A DNA stretch of 64,000 nucleotides, taken from assembly GCA_964643135.1 (NCBI GenBank), contig CAZXPC010000002.1, positions 73,049 to 137,048 on the forward strand, given 5' to 3'. Positions within the stretch are counted from its first letter, which is position 1. Each line of letters begins with the position of its first letter. A model generated the notes under the pieces. The model saw only the letters and a list, made by a program, of their open reading frames with translations. It ran no database searches and had not been told where the DNA came from. Origin of the DNA: an uncultured Candidatus Saccharibacteria bacterium. Lineage in GTDB: Bacteria > Patescibacteriota > Minisyncoccia > UBA6257 > Colwellbacteraceae. This document shows, one piece after another, positions 38,799 to 48,400 of the stretch. Both the position numbers and the translations under genes were made by a program.

Positions 38799-39247
38799 AA
38801 CTCATAACTGATAACGTATAACTCATAACAATTTGGAAATCTTTAGATTTAAAAATTGGAAAGTTTATAAGGAATCCAAGGATTTGTTTAAACTTCTACT
38901 CAAGATATCTGATAAATTGCCTAAGGATTATAAATATTCTATTGGTTCGCAGGTTTTAAGGTCGGGGCTGTCGATCATCCTAAACATTGCAGAAGGTAGC
39001 GGCAAAGATTCTGATAAAGAATTAAATCGATATTTCAACATATCCATAGGTTCAATAAATGAGACTTTGGCATTTACTGATACATTGACCGATTTAGGCT
39101 TGATAACGGCAACTGAGTTCCAGAATGTATATAAATTATGTGAGAGCATCTCTCGGCAGTTGGGTGGTTTTAAGAGAAGGCTTAAAGAAGAATAGGTTTT
39201 AAGTTATAATATGGAAGTTATTAGTTATGAGTCATAAGTTATAAGTT
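38799..39247. mobile_element. Element bounded by inverted heptamer arrays, carrying a four-helix-bundle gene
   Basis: Left AACTCAT AACTGAT AACGTAT AACTCAT AAC (38799-38829); right AGTTATT AGTTATG AGTCATA AGTTATA AGTT (39216-39247). Confidence 0.6.
38833..39195 (+). CDS. Four-helix-bundle protein (23S rRNA IVP/Avd-like family)
   Basis: 'F.NWKVYKES','LP...KY...SQ..RSGLSIILNIAEG','F.ISIGS.NE'. Confidence 0.88.
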   Translation: MEIFRFKNWKVYKESKDLFKLLLKISDKLPKDYKYSIGSQVLRSGLSIILNIAEGSGKDSDKELNRYFNISIGSINETLAFTDTLTDLGLITATEFQNVYKLCESISRQLGGFKRRLKEE

Positions 39248-39254
39248 ACCCGAT

Positions 39255-40967
39255 ATGCACTTAACTCCCGATAAACTTAAAATTTTACTGCGAGAATCCG
39301 GCGTGGTTGACGAGGATGCTTTTGATACGGCGGTTAAAGAAGCTGAGCAGACCGGCCGCTCGGTGGAAGAAATTTTAATTGCCCGCGGCGATGTGCCGGA
39401 ACACTACCTAACCGAGCTCTTAGCTAAATATTTTAATGTTCCGGTTGTGAATCTCGACTCGGTTGTGATTCCCAAAGAAGTAATCGAGCTTATTCCCGAG
39501 AGCTACGCTCAGCTTAAGAAGCTAGCCATCTTCGATTACAAAAAGGGGGAGTACGCCAAGGTCGCCATGCTGGACCCGCTCGACTACGACGCGATCGAAT
39601 ATTTGAAAACTAAGCTGGGTGTGGCGATCCAGCCCTCTCTTACGACCGGTTCCAGCCTGAGCAATGCTTTGAAGCAGTACAAGGAGCAAATCGGGAATGA
39701 ATTTAGCAAGATCATCCGCGAGAACGTGGAAAAATCGGTTACTCAAACCGGAGAAACCGACCTGGCCAAAATGGCGGCCGCCGTGCCGGTGGTGGCCATT
39801 CTAAAAAGTATTATCGAATACGCTATTTCTTTAAATGCGTCGGACATTCACTTTGAGCCGTTTTTCCAGAATTTGGTTATCAGGTACCGCGTCGACGGCG
39901 TTTTGCGCGAGGCTTTCGATTTGCCCAAACAAGTCGAGCCGACCATTGTGGCGCGCGTTAAAATTTTGGCCAACTTGCAGATCGACGAGCACCGCCTGCC
40001 GCAGGACGGCCGATTCAAATTTAATGTGACGGAAAAAGAAACGATTGATGTGCGTGTCAACATTATCCCGGTGCTTTACGGCGAAAAGGCGGAAATGAGG
40101 CTGTTGCGGAGCAGTTCGCGGCCGATTATGCTGGAAGACATCGGCTTCTCTAAAGAGGCGGTTGAAAAGGTGAACGACGAGATTCGGAAACCGCACGGTA
40201 TGATTTTGGTTACCGGTCCGACCGGTTCCGGTAAAACGACGACTCTTTACGCGATTTTGAGTATTTTGAATACGCCCAAGGTTAACATTACGACCATTGA
40301 AGACCCGATCGAGTACGAAGTTTCGGGCATCAACCAGATTCAGGTCAACACGAAAGCGGGCGTAACTTTTGCGTCGGGGCTGCGCGCTATTTTGAGGCAG
40401 GACCCGAACGTGATCATGATTGGTGAAATTCGCGACAACGAAACGGTTGAGATCGGCATTCAGGCGGCCTTGACCGGACACTTGGTTTTGTCGAGCTTGC
40501 ACACCAACGACGCGCCGTCGGCTCTGCCGAGGCTCTTGGACATGGGGGCGCCGGCGTTTTTGCTTGCTTCAACCGTTAACCTCTCAATCGCGCAGAGGCT
40601 GGTTCGTAAAATTTGCACTTCCTGCATCGAATCATACGTGCCTTCGGAAGAGTCCCGGCGGCTCGCTTTGGCGCAGTTTGAATTGGCCGGGCACAAGATT
40701 GACAAAGAGGCTATTCCTAAAAATCTATACCGCGGCAAGGGCTGTAATGTCTGCACCAATACCGGCTACCGCGGCCAGATCGCTATTTTTGAACTTATGA
40801 AAATGAGCGATGCGATCAGGGCTATGGTTTTGAAGATGGCCCCGTCGGGAGAGATCAGAGAACAGGCGATCAAAGAAGGTATGACGACGATTTTTGAGGA
40901 CGGCCTCGATAAAGCGAAAAAGGGGATCACCACGCTCGATGAGGTCCTGCGCGTGATACAAGAATAA
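39255..40967 (+). CDS. pilB: Type IV pilus assembly ATPase PilB (GspE family)
   Basis: 'ASDIHFEP','RLPQDGRF','GPTGSGKTTT','TIEDPIE','LRQDPNVIMIGEIRD', two CxxC. Confidence 0.95.
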   Translation: MHLTPDKLKILLRESGVVDEDAFDTAVKEAEQTGRSVEEILIARGDVPEHYLTELLAKYFNVPVVNLDSVVIPKEVIELIPESYAQLKKLAIFDYKKGEYAKVAMLDPLDYDAIEYLKTKLGVAIQPSLTTGSSLSNALKQYKEQIGNEFSKIIRENVEKSVTQTGETDLAKMAAAVPVVAILKSIIEYAISLNASDIHFEPFFQNLVIRYRVDGVLREAFDLPKQVEPTIVARVKILANLQIDEHRLPQDGRFKFNVTEKETIDVRVNIIPVLYGEKAEMRLLRSSSRPIMLEDIGFSKEAVEKVNDEIRKPHGMILVTGPTGSGKTTTLYAILSILNTPKVNITTIEDPIEYEVSGINQIQVNTKAGVTFASGLRAILRQDPNVIMIGEIRDNETVEIGIQAALTGHLVLSSLHTNDAPSALPRLLDMGAPAFLLASTVNLSIAQRLVRKICTSCIESYVPSEESRRLALAQFELAGHKIDKEAIPKNLYRGKGCNVCTNTGYRGQIAIFELMKMSDAIRAMVLKMAPSGEIREQAIKEGMTTIFEDGLDKAKKGITTLDEVLRVIQE

Positions 40968-41067
40968 CTCTAACTCATAACCAATAACTCATCACTAATC
41001 ACAGTGGACTTTTAGGATTTAACTCATTGTAATGTATAATTGTCATAAGTAATAAGTTATTAGTTAT
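40964..41067. repeat. Inverted heptamer arrays with no ORF, between pilB and pilC
   Basis: ATAACTC TAACTC ATAACCA ATAACTC ATCACTA ATCAC ... GTCATAA GTAATAA GTTATTA GTTAT|ATG. Confidence 0.75.
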
Positions 41068-42294
41068 ATGTTATTCACTTACGAAGCTTTTAATCGGAAT
41101 GGCGCTATTGTTACGGGTGAAGTCGACGCCGAAGATGAGAGAGGCGTAGTTTTATATCTCGAAACCAAAGACTTAATTCCGTCGAAGATCCGGCCCAAAG
41201 GCGAGAAGGGCGGTATATTAGATTTAAAATTTCTGCAGAAAATCAGGCTCTTTGAAAGAGTTAAGACGACCGACATTATCTTCTTGGTCCGGAACTTGGC
41301 GACTGCGATCAAGGCCGGCCTTAGCATTTCCGAGGCGCTTGAAATATTGATCAATGACTCCAAGCCGGGAACTTTGCGGTATGTTTTAATCAGCGCCAAG
41401 GCCACTGTTCAAGCCGGGCGGCCGCTTTCAGACGCTTTTGAGCAATATAAGAAAATATTCCCGTCGGTTTTTATCGGCCTCATTAAAGCCGGCGAGGTTT
41501 CGAGCCGTTTGGATAAGGCGCTCGAGGAACTCTCGAACCATTTGGTGAAGGAATATAACTTGGTGCGCAAAATCCGGTCGGCCATGGTTTATCCGGCTCT
41601 GCTTTTAGTGGCCACGATCGGCGTAACTGTTTTTTTGCTGACGGTTGTTTTGCCGAAGCTCACTAAAGCCTTCCAGCAGAGCAACGCTTCACTGCCGCTC
41701 ATCACGAAAATCCTTCTCGCGACCGGCACCTTTATGGCGCATAATTTTATTATTCTCTCGATTATCACGACAGCTCTGATCGGCGGATTTATCTATATGG
41801 CCAGCACCGAAAGGGGCAAGCTTTATATCGAAAAAATATTATTGAAGATTCCCGTTGTGAACGAGCTGATGAAGCGGGTCGACCTGGTGCGTTTTACCCG
41901 GACGCTGGGCAGTTTGCTCGCGAGCGCGATGCCGGTTTTAGACGCTTTGCAGATTTCAGCCGATGCGATCGGCAGCTATACCTACCGCGCGGCGCTGAAA
42001 GACGTGATCGATAAGGTTAAGTCCGGCGTGCCGCTCTCGAAGAGCCTGCAGTTCCACAAAGACCTTTTCCCGACGCTTTTGACGAGCCTGATTTCGGTGG
42101 GCGAGCGGACGGGCAACCTCGAATATGTGCTCACGACTTTTTCGGATTTCTACGATGAAGAAGTCGACAACAAGCTGAAAGACCTGACAACGCTTTTCGA
42201 ACCGATTATGCTCCTGGTGATGGGTGTTATCGTGGGCGGCGTCGCGCTTTCGATACTCTTGCCGATCTACAGCCTGGTCAGCCAGTTCACCTAA
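41068..42294 (+). CDS. pilC: Type IV pilus platform protein PilC (GspF family)
   Basis: 'LIKAGEVS','IRSAMVYP','RFTRTLGSLL','VGERTGNL','FEPIM'. Confidence 0.95.
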   Translation: MLFTYEAFNRNGAIVTGEVDAEDERGVVLYLETKDLIPSKIRPKGEKGGILDLKFLQKIRLFERVKTTDIIFLVRNLATAIKAGLSISEALEILINDSKPGTLRYVLISAKATVQAGRPLSDAFEQYKKIFPSVFIGLIKAGEVSSRLDKALEELSNHLVKEYNLVRKIRSAMVYPALLLVATIGVTVFLLTVVLPKLTKAFQQSNASLPLITKILLATGTFMAHNFIILSIITTALIGGFIYMASTERGKLYIEKILLKIPVVNELMKRVDLVRFTRTLGSLLASAMPVLDALQISADAIGSYTYRAALKDVIDKVKSGVPLSKSLQFHKDLFPTLLTSLISVGERTGNLEYVLTTFSDFYDEEVDNKLKDLTTLFEPIMLLVMGVIVGGVALSILLPIYSLVSQFT

Positions 42295-42419
42295 AAATAA
42301 ATTAAATTTGATGCACTTCTACGTTGCGGAGCCTCTCAAATTCGTCGAAGTAGTATTTAAGACTACATCTCCTCATTTGTTTCTCCGCGCCTTGAATTGC
42401 GTCAAATTAAATTGATTTT
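42295..42419. repeat. Palindromic element, family C copy 2
   Basis: Core 42323-42392 shared with 20566-20636; different outer stem AATTTGATGCA/TGCGTCAAATT. Confidence 0.8.
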
Positions 42420-42422
42420 CCA

Positions 42423-45400
42423 ATGTTTATTCTAAAAGAGAAAGCTCAGAGGCTAAGGGGGTATAGAAGCGGCTTCACTCTGCTTGAGTTTTTGATTGTC
42501 TCGACGGTGCTGGTGATTTTAGCCGTTGTGGCCATCAATTCTTTCGGCGGTTTTTCGCGCAAAGCTGCAATTGATAGCGCGGCCCGGGCGATTATTTCCG
42601 ACCTTCGGACGGTTCAGAGTAAGGCGGTAGCCGGGACTGATGCCGATAGTGGCGGCTCGGCTGACGACTGGGGAATTTGTTTCGTGCATGCCGCGTCGGG
42701 AGACTATTACCAAACCGTGGGAGCTATGATCGCAGCTTCATGTAAGACAACCGGCTACGATACTGCTTCCGGCGGAGTTGTCCAGGCTAAAATATTTTTG
42801 CCCAGCGGCGTAACTTATTCAACAGCCGATGATTGGTATACCAGCCCCGGCTTCGACGCCATAGTTTTTAATAAAATCAGCGGCACGCCTTCAACTACCG
42901 ACAATGTCATTGTTATCACTTCTTCCCTGGCCGACAAAATTACGACCGTCAGCTCCGATGGGCTTATTACCCAAACCTCAGTTGATATTACCTCTGTCGT
43001 TCCGACTTCAGGAATCAACACCAATTCAGCTTTCCAATTTACTCAAATCAACGGCCACGGTTTTGCGTCGGGTGCCTCGGTCAGCCTCCAGCGAAATATC
43101 CAAGGGACAGTTAATACCATAAGCTGTACCGGTGCGTCGGTCAACGCCACTGGAACGCAGATCACCGGAGCGACATGCAATTTGACCTTAGACAAACCGG
43201 CGAGCTGTACGGGCTGCCATGCTTTGGCGGGCAAGTGGGATGTTTTGGTTACGAATACCGACACCACTTCCGCGACTTTGCCCGGGGGACTCACTGTTAC
43301 CGCCAATCCGCCGACTGTGACTACGATAGTTCCGACCTCGACCGTGAACGACGACACATCGGCTCACAACACGTTAACGACGGTTAACGGTTCTAATTTT
43401 CAGGCCGGCGCAACCGTGCAGCTGACGAGAAGCGGCACGACCATTAATTGCGATACGACTTCTTCGACCATCGTGGCCGGTTCAATTTCGAGCGTCACCT
43501 GTAACGACATCGGCGGCGCTTTGGGCGCGAGCGATTGGAATGTTGTGGTAACCAATACTCTGGGAGATGGCGCCAGCGCTACTTGCAATCCGGCGTCTTG
43601 CTTAACTATCAATAACCCGACGCCGACTATAGCCGTGGGCAGTCTTACTCCGAACAGATCTAGCGCTGGCGATAGTGTGGATATAACCCTGGTCGGGGAT
43701 TCGACAGCTAACAACGGACATAATTTTGCGACCAATGCCAAAGTAAAATGGGACTGTACCAGCGACTGCACAACCGATGCTTCGAGTACAGGCATAAGCA
43801 ATGTCGTTGTCAATTGGTCCACCGATACCATTACCGCGACCGTCGCTTCGTCGTTAACAACAACCGCTGGCAGCCCTCACGCGGTCAAAGTTTTTAATCC
43901 AACTCCCGGAGGTGGCATTTCGACAAACTCGGAGCCATTTACGGTGAGCGGGGGCGCTACTTTCGGGATTACCGGCCTTAAAACTTCCGGCAGCTGTCCG
44001 GGCAGCGCTTCGGTTACGAGCAATAACGCCGGTTCTTTTGCATTCGATATTTGCGGGTCAGGTTTTTCCACAATTTCTGGCGACGTTAAAGTAACTCTTC
44101 ATGAGTCCGGCCAGCCGACCATAACCTGCAGCGGTTTCACCGTGGCGGCCAACCTCATAACCGGCGCCTCGTGCGATTTAACTAACGTGGCGGTTGCGAG
44201 CGATTGGGATGTTTGGGTAACCAACCTCTCAACCGATTCGACTGCCAAATGCTCTGACGTTGGGGGCACCGGGCCGACCCCGCGCTGCGAAGTGATTGTC
44301 ACCGCGCAGGGAGTTTCGGTGGGAAGCATCACGCCGGCTAATGGCATTCAGTTTACCTGGAACCAGCCGATTTTAGCCATTAGCGGGACCAGTTTTTCCG
44401 GCACGCCAACAGTAACCCTTACTAATGGCGGGTCCACTATAACTTGCACTGGTTTTACGGTGGCTAGTTCAACCTTGCTCATAAACGGTAGCTGTCCGAT
44501 TACTAATACAACTGCTGCCACCACCTGGACTGTACACGTGATTGTTGGCGCCTCTGATGCCACATGCGCGTGTTTTTCGATTGTAACTGCCGCTAATAAT
44601 GCCACGCTTACGCCAATAGCGCGTTTTTGGTTCCCGGCGGTTGGCGGAAGTTGCGGCTTGAGCGCTTGCGGGACCGGCAGCTGGAGTACCACCAACACCT
44701 TGAATTGGGCGACTACGCCAACCGGTTTAGGCACGGACGGCATAACTCCTACCACCGGCGCGACTGTGCCTACGACGGCGACAGATGTTTATTTTACTAA
44801 GAATTCTTTTACGGCCGACGGGGAAACAGTTACGGTTTCGAACCCTGCCTCCGCATCAAGTCTGGTTTTTTCAGGACCCGACGGGGTAAGCAAAAATATC
44901 ACTTTTACCGGTGGGGCCGAAGCAATTACTTTAGGCGATGCGACCCATGATGGCTCATTGAACTTTCAGCCTTCATGCCCTAGCACTTGCACAATAACTC
45001 GTAGTGGTGAGACTGGAGATATCAACTTCAAGTCGGGCCACGTGGGACAAGTTGCTAACTTTGCCGCGAAAGACACCGACCCCAGCTCCACCCAAAATTC
45101 TTTCGGCAAAGTTTTCTTTAATAACGGCGGAACCTATACGTTTATCAACCCATATAATTCAAACACTGCGGCTAGCAACGACATTGCTATTCTAAATTCA
45201 ACCACTGTTAATACCAATAACAACGCCCTGATATTCGGGTCCCTCACTTTCAGTTCCGGAACATTTAACCTGGGCACTAGCACCGTAACTCTTAAAGACA
45301 GCGGCAGCACGAGTTGGAGTGTGACCGGCGGAACTTTAAACGCCGCTTCCAGCACTATCGCGGTTAGTCCGGCGAGTTCCGGCACCAATACTTTTTTGGG

Positions 45401-48400
45401 CGGCGGCAAGACCTATAGCGATGTTACTTTTTCAAGCAACAATACCAATGTGACCTTAGACAGCGATGCCGCTAACAGTACCTTTAACGACATTACTTTT
45501 AGCAATACCGGCACAGTCGCATACGGAGCCGCTAGCCAAGCGACGACGGCACATGACGTCAAATTCAATAACACCAATCAGGCCGTAACGGTTAACGGCA
45601 CGGCGAATGTTTTTTACGGTATTGTTGTTAAGTGTCAAGACACTTGCGCGGGAGACACAGGCGCATTTACTTTGAGCAGCGGCTCCTCGAGCACCTTCTA
45701 TAAAACTGCGAAATTTAATAATACGACGGGCGGCACTTCCATCAGCGGCAGCAATACTTTTACCGGCGCCGTCACGTCTGCCGGAACAGTTTCAATTACC
45801 GGCAGCAGCAATACGTTTTCCAGCACGCTCGACATAGGCGGCAGCGGCAACCTGACCGTGAGCGCGAGCCAGACTTCCAACGATTATAAGGCAGCAGTTA
45901 CGGTGGCCGGCAATGCAACCTTGGAGTCGGGCAACCATTTCGAATCGACTTTAACGATTTCGGGAACGACCGCCTCGTCGATGGCCGGCGCGAGCGGCAC
46001 TTCGGCCAACAATTTTGACGATGTGGTCCGATTCGGCGGTAGTACTACCATTAAGGGGACCAACAACACCTTCGCTAAGACGCTTTGTATAGGCACGAAT
46101 AGCGGCTGCACTACGGGCTCCGGTGATTTGATATTCCATAATACGACCAACGACAACCTTGTCCACGACAACACTTTTACGGGCGCCGTCACGGTTATGG
46201 GAGTGCTGACTATGAATACTTTGCCATACGCTAATACTTTTGGAGCTAACGGGCACACCGGCGCGATCCTGACGGTGAACGGCACCACTGCTTCGTCCAT
46301 ATCAGGCAAAGGCAGCGGCACGGCCGGCAACAAATTCAACGGCGATGTTTCGATTGCCGGGACGACCAACATTAACGCCGACAACAACGAAATTACCGGC
46401 TCTTTCACTACGACCGGTTCGAGCCACGTTAATAATTTGGTTTTGACCGGCTCGGCCGGACACGACAACAAATTTGATGGAGCAGTTACAGTTGATGGAG
46501 TGCTCAATATGAATACCTCTAATACCAACACTTTTTCCGGCGCGGTCACGGTTAACGGCACCGGCACCTCGACCGTCTCAACGGGCAATACCTTTGATGT
46601 TGGAGCGCCGGTCATTGTAAGCGGAGCGTTGTCCTTGGGGTCAACCAATACGTTTAGAAGCACGGTCAATATTACCGGCGTGCTTACGGCTGTGTCGACC
46701 AACCATTTCGATGACAGCACCCACGACACGCTTACTTGCAACGATGCGGCCAATCCGGTCAATGTTTGCGTGGCGGGCACGACTTTGTCTTCCATGACCG
46801 ATAGCAACACTTTTGCCGGCAATGTTAAATTCTCTGGCGTCGGCGGCAGTGCCAGGGTGACCATGGGATCAGGCAATCAGGTTAATAATCAGAAGACTTT
46901 TAAGGTTATGGGGTCCGGCAATTCGAGCGTGATCGGGACGTCGCTCTTGCCCAACAGCTTTACCGGCACGATGTACTTCGGCGGTCAGCTTACCATTAGC
47001 GGCACTAACAACACTTTTGGAGACACCTCGGGCGACACACTGACTCTTAATACCGGCGACCTGATTTTCAGTTCCGGCGCGAGCACCAACACTTTTGCTG
47101 GCGCGGTTGCGATTACGGCCGGAGTCCTCAATATGCAAGGCACGACCAATACCAATACAAATCAGTTTTTGAGCACGCTCACGGCCGGCGGAAGCGGAGC
47201 CTCGACCATATCTTCCGGCACCAGCACAGGAACGAAAAATACTTTTGCCGGGCTAGCCACTTTTACAGGGAGGCTCGACGTGGGCAATTGGAATGCTTTT
47301 TCGGCCACGCCGACCTCGCTCACTGTGGCGGGGACAGGGACTTCTACGATGGGGCAGGACAATTCCTTTAGCGGGGCGGTGTCGTTCTCAAACGCGGGGA
47401 GCGACCTGACTTTAGCGGCAACCTCCGGGCACACCAACACTTTTAGCGGCGCCTTGACTGTTTCGGGAACGGGTGCATTTACCGGCACGGCCTACGCCAA
47501 CAACACTTTTAGTGGTGCCGTGAATATTGCCAACTCGGCTATGGCCGTAGGGTTAAACACTTGGAACACGGGCAGCTCCCTGACTCTAACCGGGGCTAGT
47601 CCGGCTCTCTCGGGCGGAAACACCTTCAAGGATGTTACGCTGAGCGGCGGCGGAACGGCGACCGTAACCGGAACTAATTCTTTCGTGAATTTGACTCGCA
47701 ACCCGGCCGCGGCTGCGACGTCTGACGGCATAACTTTCCCGGCCAGCGTTACTCAGACTGTGAGCGGCACTCTGACATTAACGGGCCACGATTTGGGCAG
47801 CCGGCTCTTTGTCACTTCCGGCACCCCGGGAACCAGAGCTACTCTTTCGGCGGCTACCGTGGCGCTTTCCAATTCTAACTTCCAAGATATAGCCGCGACC
47901 GGGACTGGAACAAAAACCGGTCCGGCTTGCGATGACGTGGCTGTGTCTACCACCTGGTGCGGAGTGTCCTTGGGAGACAACGGCAACAATACCGGCATAC
48001 ACTTTAGCGCCACCAAAACCTGGTATTGGAAGAGCGCCGGCAACACCGGCAATTGGTCGGACAGCTCGAAGTGGGCCAGCAACTCCGCCGGCACAACTCT
48101 TTGCACCTGTGTGCCTTTGCCTCAGGATACGTCTATTTTTAACGCCAACAGTTTCAACACCGGAAGCCAAATTATACACGTTGATGTTTCGAGAATCGGC
48201 GCCATCGATTTTACCGGCGTTACCAATGCTCCTCAGATTTCATTCGATACAGCGACAACTATTATGGGGGACCCGGCGACCAACGATAACAATATTATTA
48301 CTATGACGAGCGGCACCGGCAGCCCGACTATCGCCGGTACGACTGCGCTCACCTTCGGCAACGTCGGCGTAAGGAAAAAAATAACAAGCGCCACCAAGAC

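Noticed and set aside
38833-39195. Diversity-generating retroelement suggested by the Avd-like protein
   Set aside because: No reverse transcriptase in the window, and the repeat pairs examined are identical or differ at synonymous sites rather than at adenines.
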